Assembly (NCBI GenBank): GCA_021836865.1
Contig: JAKBHH010000004.1
Coordinates: 15,700 to 79,699 of the forward strand
Direction: 5' to 3'
Source: Acidobacteriota bacterium
GTDB taxonomy: Bacteria > Acidobacteriota > Terriglobia > Terriglobales > Acidobacteriaceae
DNA: 64,000 nucleotides
How positions within the stretch are numbered: position 1 is the stretch's first letter; the number at the start of each line of letters is the position of its first letter. The notes under the pieces were generated by a model. The model ran no database searches and was not told the DNA's origin. It worked only from the letters and a program-made list of their open reading frames with translations. The position numbers and the translations under genes were made by a program. Positions 8,422 through 18,628 of this stretch are shown one piece after another.

Positions 8422-9057
8422 TCAGGGAATCTCCACCAGCTCCATCTGCCCGTCGCGTCGGCGATGCAGCACAAACATCTCCCCCGCCGGATTGCGGAAG
8501 ATCAGCAGGTCGCGATCCCGGAACTCCGCTTCCTTCACCGCCTGCTCCACCGTCATCGCCTTCATCGAGATCGCTGCACTGCTCTTCAGGATGTGCGGCT
8601 CCACCACGGCAGTGGCCGCCGGAAACGAATGCACCGCTATCGAGGCGCTGGCCTTGCCGTTGGAGCGCTTCGGCTTGCCGTTGCCTGCCATGATCTCTTC
8701 GTCGGTCGCGCGCGTCTTGGGACGCGACACTGGCGGCGCCGTCATCACCTTCTCTTCCTTGGGCAGGCGCTTCCGTTCATACTTCCGCTCGTGATAACGC
8801 AGCGCCTGATTCTCAGCGTGTGAAATCGCCTGGCGCAGCGCGGCCTCGGGGCTGTCCGCTTCGCCCGCGGCCACAATCGTCTGCAGCCGCGCTTTGATGG
8901 TGAGTTCTGCAATATGCAGATGCCTCTGCGCACGAAAAATGATGCTGGCTCGGGCGGTTTTGCCCAGAATCCGGGCGATTCGGTCCATTCCCTCCTCGGC
9001 CTGCTGGCGCAGCGCCTTGGGAATGCTTACTTGCCTGGCGGTGAACTCCACTTCCAT
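8422..9057 (-). CDS. hpf: ribosome hibernation-promoting factor, long form
   Basis: Starts 'MEVEFTARQVSIP'. N-terminal S30AE/HPF fold, a basic linker, and a C-terminal dimerisation domain ('MTVEQAV...DLLIFRNPAGEMFVLHRRRDG'). GGAGG SD. Sits immediately downstream of rpoN. Confidence 0.85.
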   Translation of the reverse strand: MEVEFTARQVSIPKALRQQAEEGMDRIARILGKTARASIIFRAQRHLHIAELTIKARLQTIVAAGEADSPEAALRQAISHAENQALRYHERKYERKRLPKEEKVMTAPPVSRPKTRATDEEIMAGNGKPKRSNGKASASIAVHSFPAATAVVEPHILKSSAAISMKAMTVEQAVKEAEFRDRDLLIFRNPAGEMFVLHRRRDGQMELVEIP

Positions 9058-9250
9058 GGTCAGCCTCCGCACTTCATATTTTTCTGAAACCCGGTCTTGC
9101 GGCCGTAGGACTCTGGATTCTATAGCATTTCCCCGGCTCGCGTAAGCCGCGCGGTCGCAACCGGGATATCTTAGACGCTGCAAATCGCAGGATGTCAGTC
9201 AGATGCCGCATGGGTGCGCAGAATTTCGCAATCCGCGTCGTCACACACCC

Positions 9251-10858
9251 TCAGGCGTCTCGCCGGCGTCGCTGATGCGTCGAGGGTATATTCATATCCT
9301 CGCGATACTTGGCAACCGTCCGCCGCGTCAGTTGGATGCCCTGCGCCTGCAGCATCGCCGCCAGTTGGTCATCCGTCAGCGGCTTGCGCGGGTCCTCCTC
9401 TTCAATCAGCTTGCGCACCTTGCGCTTCAGCACCAGCAAGGGCGTATCTGAGCCCTCGGGGCCGTTCGACCCCTCGGTGAAAAAGAAGCGCAGTTCGATC
9501 ACGCCCTGCGGCGTATGCGCATACTTGTTCGCCACCGCACGGCTCACCGTGGAGGGATGCACGCCAATCTCCTCGGCCACCTCCTTGATCATCATCGGCC
9601 GCAAAGATTCGATCCCGTTCTCTAGAAAATCCCCTTGTCGGCGGACGATCACCTCGCAGGTGCGCAGAATCGTGCTCTTGCGCTGCGCAATGTTGCGCAT
9701 CAGCTGCAGCGCGGAGCGGAAGCGCTCCTTCACATATTCCTTGACCTCTTTATCTGTGCCCTCGGCCACCAGCATCCGCCGGTAGCGCTGGCTGAGCCGC
9801 AGGCTGGGCAGGTCTTCTTCGTTCATTGACACCACCCACTCGTCACCCCGCTTGGTAAACACAACGTCCGGCTCGATCAGCCGCGTCTGCTCGCGGTTGT
9901 ATAGCCTGCCCGGCCGCGGATCCAGCGTGCGGATGAACTCGATGCCTGCGTGAGCCTCTTCCGCCGTCACCTGCGCAGCCCGCGCCAGTTCCTTCACATC
10001 GCGCTTCTGCAGCAGCGGAAGGTGGCGATCCACAATCACAGCGGCCACTTCCATGCTGCGCCGGCGTTCTTCCAGCCGATCGTCGGCCTCGGCGCGAAAA
10101 CTGCGGTGCGGGTCTTCTTCCGCCTCGGCATCCGCCGCGCGGCGAGCGTAAACCTGCGCAAACTCGCTTTGCTGCGCGGCGATCTGGCTCATCAGGCACT
10201 CGCGAAGGTCGCGCGCGCCCACCCCCGGCGGATCCAGTTGCTGCAGCAGGCTGATGCCGCGCCGCACCAGATCGAGCGCCGCATCCTTCTTCAGTTGCCC
10301 GCCGCTCATAAAGCCTGCAAACGCCTCGGCCAGTTCCTCATCGCTCGCCGCCAGGTATCCGTTTTCGTCCAGGTTGCCGATCACGAACTCAACCGCCTGT
10401 TCCAGCGCAGAGTCCAGCTTCAACGAACCCAGTTGCCACGAAAGATGATCAGTCAGCGTCGTCGGCTGCGACAGAAAATTCTCGAACGAAGGCCGCTCAC
10501 CCTCCTCGTACTCCGGCTGTGTACGATATCCGGGATCGAGATAATCGCGAAAGTACGAGCCGAAATCGATCTCGTCAAAGACGTCTTTGGGCTGCGCCTC
10601 GCTCTCCGCCGCACCCGCCTCCAGGTGCTCCAGCCGTTCCTCGCGTTCCGCGCGCTCTACCTTGCCGGCCACTTCGTCCAGCATGGGAACCGTCTCATCA
10701 ATCTCTTCCAGAACAGGATTCTCGACCATCTCCGCGTCGATCATCTCCTTGAGCTCGACCTTGTTGAGCGCAAGCACGCTCACCATCTGCATCAGACCCG
10801 GCGTAAGGATCTGGCGTTGTGCCACCTTCAGATTCAATCTTGGCTGCAGAAGCGCCAT
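9251..10858 (-). CDS. rpoN: RNA polymerase sigma-54 factor
   Basis: Starts 'MALLQPRLNLKVAQRQILTPGLMQMVSVL' (region I). Contains the 'HPSTVSRAV' HTH and the 'RRTVAKYRE' RpoN box. Sits downstream of lptB as in many Gram-negatives. Confidence 0.95.
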   Translation of the reverse strand: MALLQPRLNLKVAQRQILTPGLMQMVSVLALNKVELKEMIDAEMVENPVLEEIDETVPMLDEVAGKVERAEREERLEHLEAGAAESEAQPKDVFDEIDFGSYFRDYLDPGYRTQPEYEEGERPSFENFLSQPTTLTDHLSWQLGSLKLDSALEQAVEFVIGNLDENGYLAASDEELAEAFAGFMSGGQLKKDAALDLVRRGISLLQQLDPPGVGARDLRECLMSQIAAQQSEFAQVYARRAADAEAEEDPHRSFRAEADDRLEERRRSMEVAAVIVDRHLPLLQKRDVKELARAAQVTAEEAHAGIEFIRTLDPRPGRLYNREQTRLIEPDVVFTKRGDEWVVSMNEEDLPSLRLSQRYRRMLVAEGTDKEVKEYVKERFRSALQLMRNIAQRKSTILRTCEVIVRRQGDFLENGIESLRPMMIKEVAEEIGVHPSTVSRAVANKYAHTPQGVIELRFFFTEGSNGPEGSDTPLLVLKRKVRKLIEEEDPRKPLTDDQLAAMLQAQGIQLTRRTVAKYREDMNIPSTHQRRRRDA

Positions 10859-11077
10859 AAAAGGAGACTCGATTCCCGTTTCGGTTTCTTCCTCTAGTGT
10901 AATGGCCGAGGAATAAGATGCCACCCTAAAGTGCACTTCCCCATTACCCTTGTGCCAGTTTGGGCAAATCTCCCCGCGAGAATAGGTCGCCTGCGCTTTG
11001 CTCTTGACGGGCAGCGACGAGAATTGCAGTCAATCCCCAGACGTCCAGCTGTCAGCTCGAAGAGCTGCCGCTGCCCG

Positions 11078-11087
11078 CCCCCCCCCC
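11078..11087. repeat. homopolymeric C10 (G10 on the coding strand) tract
   Basis: Ten consecutive C residues, located one nucleotide past the lptB stop codon (11089-11091) in the lptB-rpoN spacer. Confidence 0.9.
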
Positions 11088-11088
11088 A

Positions 11089-11817
11089 TCAGGCCAGCGA
11101 AAATCCCTCGCCCAGGTAAACCCGCCGCACCTCTACGTCGTTGCCCAGTTCGTGCGGCGTACCCGCGCGGAAGATGCGCCCCTCGGCGATGATGTAGGCG
11201 CGATCCGTAACGCTCAGCGTCTCCCGCACATTGTGGTCGGTAATCAGAATCCCGATCCCGCTGGCCTTCAAGTCAAAGATAATCTTCTGCAGTTCCAAAA
11301 CGGCGATGGGGTCGATGCCGCTGAAGGGTTCGTCGAGCAGGATGAAATTCGGCCGAATGCAGAGCGAACGCGCAATCTCCACGCGCCGCCGCTCGCCGCC
11401 GGAGAGTGCATACCCTCGCGTGGTGCGGATGTGCCCCAGATTGAGCTGGTTGATCAGCCGCTCCGTGCGGCTCCTCCGCTCACGGCTGTCCAGCGGCTGC
11501 GCCTCCAGCACCGCCAGAATATTCTCTTCCACCGTAAGCTTGCGAAAGACCGAAGGCTCCTGCGGCAGATAGCTGATGCCGAAGTTGCGCGCGCGCAGAT
11601 ACATGGGCACGCGCGTGATGTCGGTCTCATCCACCATGACACGGCCCGTCTCCGGCGCCACAAGGCCCACAATCATATAGAAGCTGGTTGTCTTGCCGGC
11701 GCCGTTCGGCCCCAGCAATCCCACAACTTCACCGCGGGAGATGCTCAGGTTGACCCCGCGGACAACCTGTCGCCCCTTATACGTCTTGCCGATTCCCTCG
11801 GCGATGAGTGTATTCAT
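11089..11817 (-). CDS. lptB: LPS export ABC transporter ATP-binding protein
   Basis: Contains Walker A 'GPNGAGKTT', signature '[13 protein letters not shown]' and Walker B 'ILLDEPF'. ATGA start/stop overlap with the upstream LptC/A-like gene. Confidence 0.9.
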   Translation of the reverse strand: MNTLIAEGIGKTYKGRQVVRGVNLSISRGEVVGLLGPNGAGKTTSFYMIVGLVAPETGRVMVDETDITRVPMYLRARNFGISYLPQEPSVFRKLTVEENILAVLEAQPLDSRERRSRTERLINQLNLGHIRTTRGYALSGGERRRVEIARSLCIRPNFILLDEPFSGIDPIAVLELQKIIFDLKASGIGILITDHNVRETLSVTDRAYIIAEGRIFRAGTPHELGNDVEVRRVYLGEGFSLA

Positions 11818-14288
11818 TTAGGGTCTTCACTATGCCGTACTTGTCTCTGGGGCGCGGTTGTCTCCGTTACCGTGCGACGGCCCCCGCTTCCGACTTTGAC
11901 GCTATCATCGTGGGTGTTGAAAATCAAAACCTCGCCCGTCACGCTGCCCCGCACCGGATCCATCAGCCGCGGCGGCCGCTCCGAGGTGCCTGTCAGCACA
12001 TACTCGCCCGTGTCGCTTGAATACTCCAGTTGCTCGCCGGTTCCGTGGCGGCCCTGCTCGGTCAGCTCCACATGGCCGCGCGCCGTCAAGCGGTCCACCT
12101 GCGCGGCCGCGCCGTCCTTGCCTGCGTGATTCCCTGGCGGCAACAGATAGACATCCAGTTCGCTCGACGAGCTGGACGCATCGGCGGTCTCCGCCACCAC
12201 GCTGCCCAGCGCCCCCCCGCGCATTACCGCCTTCCGCTCGGCGGCCGAGTATCTCAGCTCTCCTCCCCGCATGCGGATCACCGATGGTCCCGCCGGCTTG
12301 GCGGCCGCCGGCCCGCTCGACATTCCGGCAGCCGGTCCAGCAGCACTCACCATCACCACACGCACTGGATCCGCTGCTCCGCCCGCGCGCGCCACCAGCG
12401 TCTGTTTCGTGCGATTCAGCACAATCACCGGCGCGGAGATCGAGTTGGTCATCTGCCACAGCCGCGCATGGCCGTGGAAGACGACTTCGCCCGTCGTCTG
12501 GTTCAGTTCCGCTCCATCGGCAATGACGTGTGCCGGACCCTGGCCGCCCAGCTCCGCGGCCTCGCTGCCGGCCTGCCCGGCGCGCCGGCCCGCGTCCTGC
12601 TGCGCATCTCCCATCCAGGTGGCCTTCACATCGCCCTGCGCCACGGCATCGCCCGCACTCTGCGCCACGTCAATCGTCCGCGCGGAGATCTGCAGCCCCC
12701 CGTCTTCGACACGCGGGTCGCCCGTAAGCCGCAGCTTGCCGCCATCGCCCAGATACACTGCCTTATCCGCGGTCGCGCGCATAGCCACAGGAGCAGGTTC
12801 GCCGGTCTTGGGCCCTGCCTGCTGCACCAGCACAACATGGCCCTCCACCGTTGCGGACTCCACCTGCGAGCTGCCCATCGCGCTCATCCGATTCTTTCCG
12901 GCAATAACCTTCGCACCCGGCCCCAATGGAGCAAACTGCGCCGTCAGCCGGTCGCCGTTTGTCGTCTGCCGCACTCCCGTCGCCGTGGTCTGCTCCATAC
13001 TGGCATGGCCCGTGCCGGTCATCGCTGTCAGCGTAGAGCCCGCGCCAAACGTCCCAGTCATCTCATCGGCAGCCATGCGAAATGGCGTCACCGGTCCATT
13101 GCCTCGCCGGCTCGCATCTGTGACCACCACGCCGCCCGTCCCATGCATCGCGGCAAGCTCCAGTTGCCCATGCCCCGCATCGCGAAAACTGAGGTCCGCC
13201 ACAATTGAAGTCCATGTCTCATGGCTCTTCACCGTGCCGCTCGCCGACGCGCTCTCCGCGTCGCTCGCCATCTTCACGCCACGCTCCATATGCGCCTGCC
13301 GCAGCACCCCGTCCGGCGTAAAGACCAGCGTCATCGTCGGTGCGCTGCCCTGCACCTTGCGCCCCTGTGCATCCGAGTCCACCGTCACGCCTCCACGCAG
13401 CACGCCGCTCCGCGGGTGGTTATTCTCGTCAAGCTCCAGGGTGCCGGTGGGCGCCGCCAGCCGACTGCCCGCCGCGCTCGTCACCGTCAGGCCGTGCCAC
13501 GCCTCCACCTGCGACGCCGACCCGTCGTCACGAAAATGAACCGTCGCCTCCGCCATCTCTACCTGGTTGCCGCGATCCTGCACCAGGCTTCCCGTCAGCC
13601 GGCAGGTCTGCACATCGCGCTCAAACTCCCCGTGCTTCGCCTCCAGGCGCACCGTTTCCGCACCATGCTGCAACTCCAGCTTCACGGCCCGATCCAAAAC
13701 AAGCAGCCCCTGTTCCGAGTCGAAGGTCGCTCCGCTGGCGCTGCCCGTGCCCTGCTTCAGCACAAACTCCACAGCCTCATTCGTACTGGCCAGTCCGCTG
13801 TTCTGGTCAAATACCAGCCCGCTCGTCTTTACGTGAATCTCGTCTGGAGCCGCCGCGCGCGCGGTTGCCGCCTTCTGCGCGGCAGGCGTCACCGTGGGCG
13901 GTCGCGTCAGCGTAATCTCCACCGGACCGTTGGCCTTGGCCGTTCCAGCCTGCTGGTTGTACTCGAACTCATTGCCATCGATCCGGTCCACGCGACTGCC
14001 ATCCGCGCCATACAGCTCAATGTGTACCTCGTGCAGTAACGCATTGCCTTGCTTGAGCTGCTCCACTCTGGATGCCTGAATCTTGAACAGCGTGTGCCCG
14101 CCGTGCGCCTGCGTATAGGTGAATCCGTTGGCTTCCTGCTGAATGTCCACACCCAGCCGCTTGGGCAGGTCGCGGCGATTGAAGGGCCTCTTCCACTTGT
14201 CCATGGTGAAGACTACCGCCAGGGCCGCAATCAGCATCACCCCCGCCGCCAGCACCAGCCAACGCAGCCGCTCTATGGTGAACCGCAC
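11814..14288 (-). CDS. LptC-like / multi-OstA(LptA)-domain fusion protein, membrane-anchored
   Basis: 824 aa, GTG start, N-terminal TM ('[18 protein letters not shown]'), then an LptC-like segment. At least three OstA/LptA-like beta-jellyroll segments follow, e.g. '[27 protein letters not shown]', '[23 protein letters not shown]' and '[34 protein letters not shown]'. Coupled to lptB. Confidence 0.7.
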   Translation of the reverse strand: MRFTIERLRWLVLAAGVMLIAALAVVFTMDKWKRPFNRRDLPKRLGVDIQQEANGFTYTQAHGGHTLFKIQASRVEQLKQGNALLHEVHIELYGADGSRVDRIDGNEFEYNQQAGTAKANGPVEITLTRPPTVTPAAQKAATARAAAPDEIHVKTSGLVFDQNSGLASTNEAVEFVLKQGTGSASGATFDSEQGLLVLDRAVKLELQHGAETVRLEAKHGEFERDVQTCRLTGSLVQDRGNQVEMAEATVHFRDDGSASQVEAWHGLTVTSAAGSRLAAPTGTLELDENNHPRSGVLRGGVTVDSDAQGRKVQGSAPTMTLVFTPDGVLRQAHMERGVKMASDAESASASGTVKSHETWTSIVADLSFRDAGHGQLELAAMHGTGGVVVTDASRRGNGPVTPFRMAADEMTGTFGAGSTLTAMTGTGHASMEQTTATGVRQTTNGDRLTAQFAPLGPGAKVIAGKNRMSAMGSSQVESATVEGHVVLVQQAGPKTGEPAPVAMRATADKAVYLGDGGKLRLTGDPRVEDGGLQISARTIDVAQSAGDAVAQGDVKATWMGDAQQDAGRRAGQAGSEAAELGGQGPAHVIADGAELNQTTGEVVFHGHARLWQMTNSISAPVIVLNRTKQTLVARAGGAADPVRVVMVSAAGPAAGMSSGPAAAKPAGPSVIRMRGGELRYSAAERKAVMRGGALGSVVAETADASSSSSELDVYLLPPGNHAGKDGAAAQVDRLTARGHVELTEQGRHGTGEQLEYSSDTGEYVLTGTSERPPRLMDPVRGSVTGEVLIFNTHDDSVKVGSGGRRTVTETTAPQRQVRHSEDPK

Positions 14289-14292
14289 TGCC

Positions 14293-14904
14293 TCAGTTCC
14301 TCATGCCAAGCCGCGCCGCAAGCCGCTGGGCAAGGCTCTCGCCCAGTTCGCTCCACAGCAGACGCGCCGTGGCTCCCGAGCCTTTCTCCACCGCCGCCGT
14401 CAGCTCCACCAGTTGGCGCACATTCTCTTCCACGTGCCGCGCGGCCAAAGCGTCCAGCTCACCCTCTTCATCCAGAAAAGGCGCGTCAGTGCCGAAATCG
14501 ATGCGGATATGGCCTTCCTGCTCGTACGTTCCTTCATCAAACAGCGGGCCAAAGCCCGTCACCCGCACCAGCCGCGGTTCGCGCACCCACCGCGAGTCCA
14601 AATTCGGAGCCGTCTCAAGCTCCCAAAGACTCCAGCCAATCTGGAACTCGTAGGCGTAGTCCTCGTGGAGCAGCTCCAGCGCATACTCAACCGCCTGCCG
14701 CGGCTCCGCACCGCGCTCGCCGCGCCCATAAACGTGCTGCAAAACCGGCGACTCGCTCCAGCTCACCGGCCACACGGTCGCCGCGTACACGCGGGCCTCG
14801 CCGCCATGCCCGGCAAATTCGCCCAACACCGCCGTCAGCTTTTCAGCCAGCGCGGCAAGGCGCAGATTCGGATACCACAAACTCAGATAAAGCGCGTCGG
14901 ACAT
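14293..14904 (-). CDS. hypothetical protein
   Basis: About 203-aa ORF with native-looking codon usage, lying between the lptC/A-like gene and glyS. No recognisable motif. Start could be ATG 14904 or GTG 14907. Confidence 0.5.
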   Translation of the reverse strand: MSDALYLSLWYPNLRLAALAEKLTAVLGEFAGHGGEARVYAATVWPVSWSESPVLQHVYGRGERGAEPRQAVEYALELLHEDYAYEFQIGWSLWELETAPNLDSRWVREPRLVRVTGFGPLFDEGTYEQEGHIRIDFGTDAPFLDEEGELDALAARHVEENVRQLVELTAAVEKGSGATARLLWSELGESLAQRLAARLGMRN

Positions 14905-14931
14905 CACTCTTGATTGTAGATGCGCAGCAGG

Positions 14932-17016
14932 CTATGCCGTCACAATCTCGCTAAAGTCGGCAATGCCCGAGAAACTCCGCAGCACGCCGTCAATCAGGCT
15001 CAGATGCGCGCCGCGCACCTGTGGGTCCGGGTCGAGCACCATCACCTTGTCAAAGAAGGCGTCCACGACAGGCCGCAGCGTGGCAATCTCCGCCAACGCC
15101 TCGCCATACGCTCGCTTCTCTCGCAGCGCGGCCACTTTGGGCGCCAGCGCAGCGGCGGCATCCGCAAGCTGCTGCGCCTCGGGCGTCAGCTTCCCGCCCT
15201 GCGCCTCACCCACCGCGAAGCCCTTTTCTCCGGCTTGCCGCAGGATGTTCTTGATGCGCTTGAAGGCCGCGGAGATCGCCTCAAAATCCGCAGACTTCCG
15301 AGCCGCGGTCAACGCCTCGGCGCGCGCAATCGCATCGCGCACGTCGTTTGCGCCTGCAGCCAGCACGGCATTGACTACGTCGTAGGGAAAGCTGCGCATG
15401 TCCTTGAGGTAAAAATGCAGCCGCTCGCGAAGGAATGCAGCCACCTGTTCCTTGTTTGCGCCATCAGCGCCCGATCCATCCAGGACAGAATCCAGGGTCA
15501 GCGGCAGCTCCGACTCAGCCAGAATCTTCACGATGGCATTGGCGGCGCGGCGCAATGCGAACGGATCTTTCGAACCCGTCGGCGCATTGCCAATTCCGAA
15601 CATCGCCACAATCGTTTGAATACGATCTGCAAGCCCCAGCAACTGCCCCTCCACCGAGACGGGAATGTTGTCCTCCGTCGAAGCGGGCGTGTACTGCTCG
15701 TAGATCGCCAGCGCAACGCGTTCACCAAGGTGCTGCGCCCGCGCATAGAGCCCGCCAACGATGCCTTGCAACTCGGTGAATTCCTTCACCAGCTCAGTCG
15801 TCAGGTCAGTCTTTGCCAGTTCCACGGCTTTGAGCAGAGCGGTTTCGTCGAATGCCAGACCCGCGTTCTTGACGGCAGCAGCCAGTGCGCGCGTCACACC
15901 AAGGTTCTGCTCCGTCTTCCAGTGGTAGCTGCCAAGCTGCTTCTGGAAGGTCACCTGCTTCAGGCTCTCAACACGCTCGGTGAGCGGCGTCTTCTGGTCA
16001 AAGTCCCAGAAGAAGCGCGCGTCCTTGAAGCGGGCGACCAGGACCTTCTGGTTGCCATGGCGAATGATCGCTTCCCCATCCGCGTCCGCTTCCGTGTTCA
16101 GCACAGCCAGAAAGTGCGGCGCAAGTTTGCTGTGAGCGTCCTCCACGGCAAAGTACTTCTGATGGTCGCGCATCACGGTCACCAGCACCTCTTCAGGCAG
16201 CGTCAGATACTCCCTGTCAAAGTCGCCCAGAATCACGCTGGGCCACTCTGTCAGATGCACCACCGTCTCCACCAGCGGCTCATCCTCCCGCCAGCGGGCT
16301 CCGACCACCGTGCGCGTCGCCTTGTCCAGCGCCTTGCGAATCGAGTGCCTCCGCTCGGCCACGTCCACAATCACCTTTGCCGTACGCAGCGCCTCCTGGT
16401 AGCTCCTTGCCGAAGCAAGCGAAACCGGCGCACCGCCATGCAGCACGCGATGCCCGCGGCTCGCATTTCCCGCGGCAATCCCCGCAATCTCCAGCGGCAC
16501 GACGGCCGCATCCAGCATCGCCACCACCCAGCGCACAGGACGCACAAACCGCTCCGGCTTGCCCGCGCGCCAATACATATTCTTGGCCCAGTAAAGCCCC
16601 AGCACTTCCTTCGGCAACTCGCCAGCCAGCAACTGTGTCGCGCTCACTCCTTGCCGCTTCACCGTTGCTCCCGCATACTCGCCCTTGGCAGTCGTCACCT
16701 TTTCCAGCGCGGAAACAGGCACGCCTGCCTTCTTCGCAAAAGCCTCTGCCGCCGCTGTCGCCGCGCCGTCCTTGAACGCCACCTTCCACGACGGGCCCGT
16801 CAGCTGCTCTTCTGCATCGGCCTGCGCCGCCAGCACGCCTTCCACCAGCACGGCCAGCCGTCGCGGCGTAGAGTAGGTTGTCACCTTCGCCTCTGCCGCC
16901 AGCAGCCGCTCGCGCGTGAGAAGCTCCTTCACGCGGCGGCCCAGCTCCGCCTCAGCCCCGGCAATCATGCGGGCCGGAACCTCTTCCAACCCAATCTCCA
17001 ACAAAAAATCCGACAT
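14932..17016 (-). CDS. glyS: glycine--tRNA ligase beta subunit
   Basis: Starts 'MSDFLLEIGLEEVPARM', the canonical GlyS N-terminus. About 694 aa, downstream of glyQ. ATG at 17016 chosen over TTG at 17025. Confidence 0.95.
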   Translation of the reverse strand: MSDFLLEIGLEEVPARMIAGAEAELGRRVKELLTRERLLAAEAKVTTYSTPRRLAVLVEGVLAAQADAEEQLTGPSWKVAFKDGAATAAAEAFAKKAGVPVSALEKVTTAKGEYAGATVKRQGVSATQLLAGELPKEVLGLYWAKNMYWRAGKPERFVRPVRWVVAMLDAAVVPLEIAGIAAGNASRGHRVLHGGAPVSLASARSYQEALRTAKVIVDVAERRHSIRKALDKATRTVVGARWREDEPLVETVVHLTEWPSVILGDFDREYLTLPEEVLVTVMRDHQKYFAVEDAHSKLAPHFLAVLNTEADADGEAIIRHGNQKVLVARFKDARFFWDFDQKTPLTERVESLKQVTFQKQLGSYHWKTEQNLGVTRALAAAVKNAGLAFDETALLKAVELAKTDLTTELVKEFTELQGIVGGLYARAQHLGERVALAIYEQYTPASTEDNIPVSVEGQLLGLADRIQTIVAMFGIGNAPTGSKDPFALRRAANAIVKILAESELPLTLDSVLDGSGADGANKEQVAAFLRERLHFYLKDMRSFPYDVVNAVLAAGANDVRDAIARAEALTAARKSADFEAISAAFKRIKNILRQAGEKGFAVGEAQGGKLTPEAQQLADAAAALAPKVAALREKRAYGEALAEIATLRPVVDAFFDKVMVLDPDPQVRGAHLSLIDGVLRSFSGIADFSEIVTA

Positions 17017-17118
17017 AAGACTCAAGCTCTCTCGCTCACTTACTAACTCGCAAATTTCAGGGTTCCGCAGCTCTCAACTCCGCGACCAAAGAAACGGAAA
17101 ACCTCAACCGGCCACCCG

Positions 17119-18075
17119 CTACGCCGCCTGCTGCGCCGCATACGCCCTGGCCACACCCACCGCCAGCGCGCGAATCCGCCCGATCACTCCCACGCGCTCC
17201 GTCACACTGATCGCCCCGCGCGCATCCAGCACATTGAACAGATTCGAGCACTTCAGCGCCAGCTCATACGTTGCCAACAGCGGAAATCGCTGCTTCTCCC
17301 CCGCGCTCGCCGTCTCGCTGGCAAACAGCCCATCGGCCTTTCCCAGCAGTTCCTTCGCCTCCGCCTCAAACAGGTTGAAGTGTTCCCATAACTTCGCCAC
17401 ATCGGCTTCCTCGAAGTTATAGACAGAGAACTGCAGCTCCTCGGCCAATCTAACTTCGCCATAAGTCACCGGAGCGCCTGTCTCCGGATCGCGTGCCCAC
17501 ACAATCTCGTAGATCGAGTCCACATCCTGCAAAAAGGCCGCAATCCGCTCCAGCCCATAAGTTAGCTCCGCGCAAATCGGGTCCAGGTCCATGCCGCCGC
17601 ACTGCTGAAAGTAGGTGAACTGCGTAATCTCCAGTCCGTCCAGCATCACTTGCCAGCCCACGCCCCACGCGCCGCCCGCCGGCCACTCCCAGTTGTCTTC
17701 CTCAAACTTCAGGTCGTGCCTGCTCAGGTCAATTCCGATCGCTTCCAGCGATTGCAGATACAGCTCCTGCACGTTCACCGGCGGCGGCTTCAGGATGAGC
17801 TGAAACTGCGTGTGCTTGAACAGCCGGTTCGGGTTCTCGCCGTAGCGCCCGTCGGCTGGCCGCCGCGAGGGCTGCGCGTAGCCCACTCTGTAAGGCTTCG
17901 GCCCCAGCACGCGCAGAAAGGTCTCCGGCGCCATCGTGCCCGCGCCCACCTCCACGTCGTAGGGCTGCTGCAGCACGCAGCCGCGATCTGCCCAAAAGCT
18001 TTGCAGGCGGAAAAGCAATTCCTGAAAGGTAAGCGCGCTGGACTGCAACGCGGCGGTAGACTCGGTTGTCGGCAC
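17119..18075 (-). CDS. glyQ: glycine--tRNA ligase alpha subunit
   Basis: Contains '[19 protein letters not shown]', '[18 protein letters not shown]', 'TQFTYFQQ' and '[17 protein letters not shown]'. GTG at 18075 gives a family-typical length. The longest ORF extends to 18162. Confidence 0.9.
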   Translation of the reverse strand: MPTTESTAALQSSALTFQELLFRLQSFWADRGCVLQQPYDVEVGAGTMAPETFLRVLGPKPYRVGYAQPSRRPADGRYGENPNRLFKHTQFQLILKPPPVNVQELYLQSLEAIGIDLSRHDLKFEEDNWEWPAGGAWGVGWQVMLDGLEITQFTYFQQCGGMDLDPICAELTYGLERIAAFLQDVDSIYEIVWARDPETGAPVTYGEVRLAEELQFSVYNFEEADVAKLWEHFNLFEAEAKELLGKADGLFASETASAGEKQRFPLLATYELALKCSNLFNVLDARGAISVTERVGVIGRIRALAVGVARAYAAQQAA

Positions 18076-18273
18076 TGGAAACTCTCTCTCAATGGAACTA
18101 AGGACTGATTTTATCAGTAGGGCCGTATCCGACTTCCCAAGGAGTTTGATTGATATCCGCATGGCTGCAAAAGAAGCTGGAAGCCTCTAATTGAACTCCA
18201 GTTTGTACGATTTCGAATTGCCGGGAAGGGGGAGTAAGTATCCACCGGCGGAGCCGGTGGCTTTGCGGTTGCT

Positions 18274-18297
18274 GGCCCCTCAAAGGGGCCTTTTCGC
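18274..18297 (+). terminator. plus-strand rho-independent terminator-like hairpin in a non-coding gap
   Basis: GGCCCCT-CAA-AGGGGCC followed directly by TTTTCGC. It is preceded by a second perfect hairpin, CCACCGGC-GGA-GCCGGTGG, at 18242-18260. No plus-strand gene lies upstream. Confidence 0.4.
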
Positions 18298-18628
18298 AAC
18301 CGTCCGAAGCAAAAGCAAGAACAAAAGCAAAAACCTCGTACTGCTGTCTTCACTGCAGCAGCACAGGCAATTCGAAAGAGAACATACTCCCGGAATTCTC
18401 AAAGTTCTACTGCCACCCCGGCACAGCCGGGGGATCTCCCTTTTAGATTTAGATGGGCGCGACAAGTGAGATTTGGATATCTGAGTCTCTCAAAATGAAT
18501 GGGCGCCAGGGGTACGGAGTCTTGGACCTGGGATCTGGAGCGCGGCCCATCCATGACGCCTTCTACTCCGCGGCTCAGTAAGGATGCCTCGCACTCAGAT
18601 CGCTCGTCCCGCCCTTCACAGCATGATC

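Noticed and set aside
9117-9122. Possible sigma-70 -10 box (TAGAAT on the minus strand) 60 nt upstream of hpf
   Set aside because: The only -35 candidate (TTACGC) is poor, and I have no promoter model for this phylum. The evidence is too weak to list as a feature.
14920-17046. 708-aa ORF on the plus strand covering glyS
   Set aside because: It is antisense to an unambiguous glyS. The translation is an Arg/His/Gln/Leu-rich low-information sequence, a shadow ORF caused by stop-codon depletion in G+C-rich DNA.
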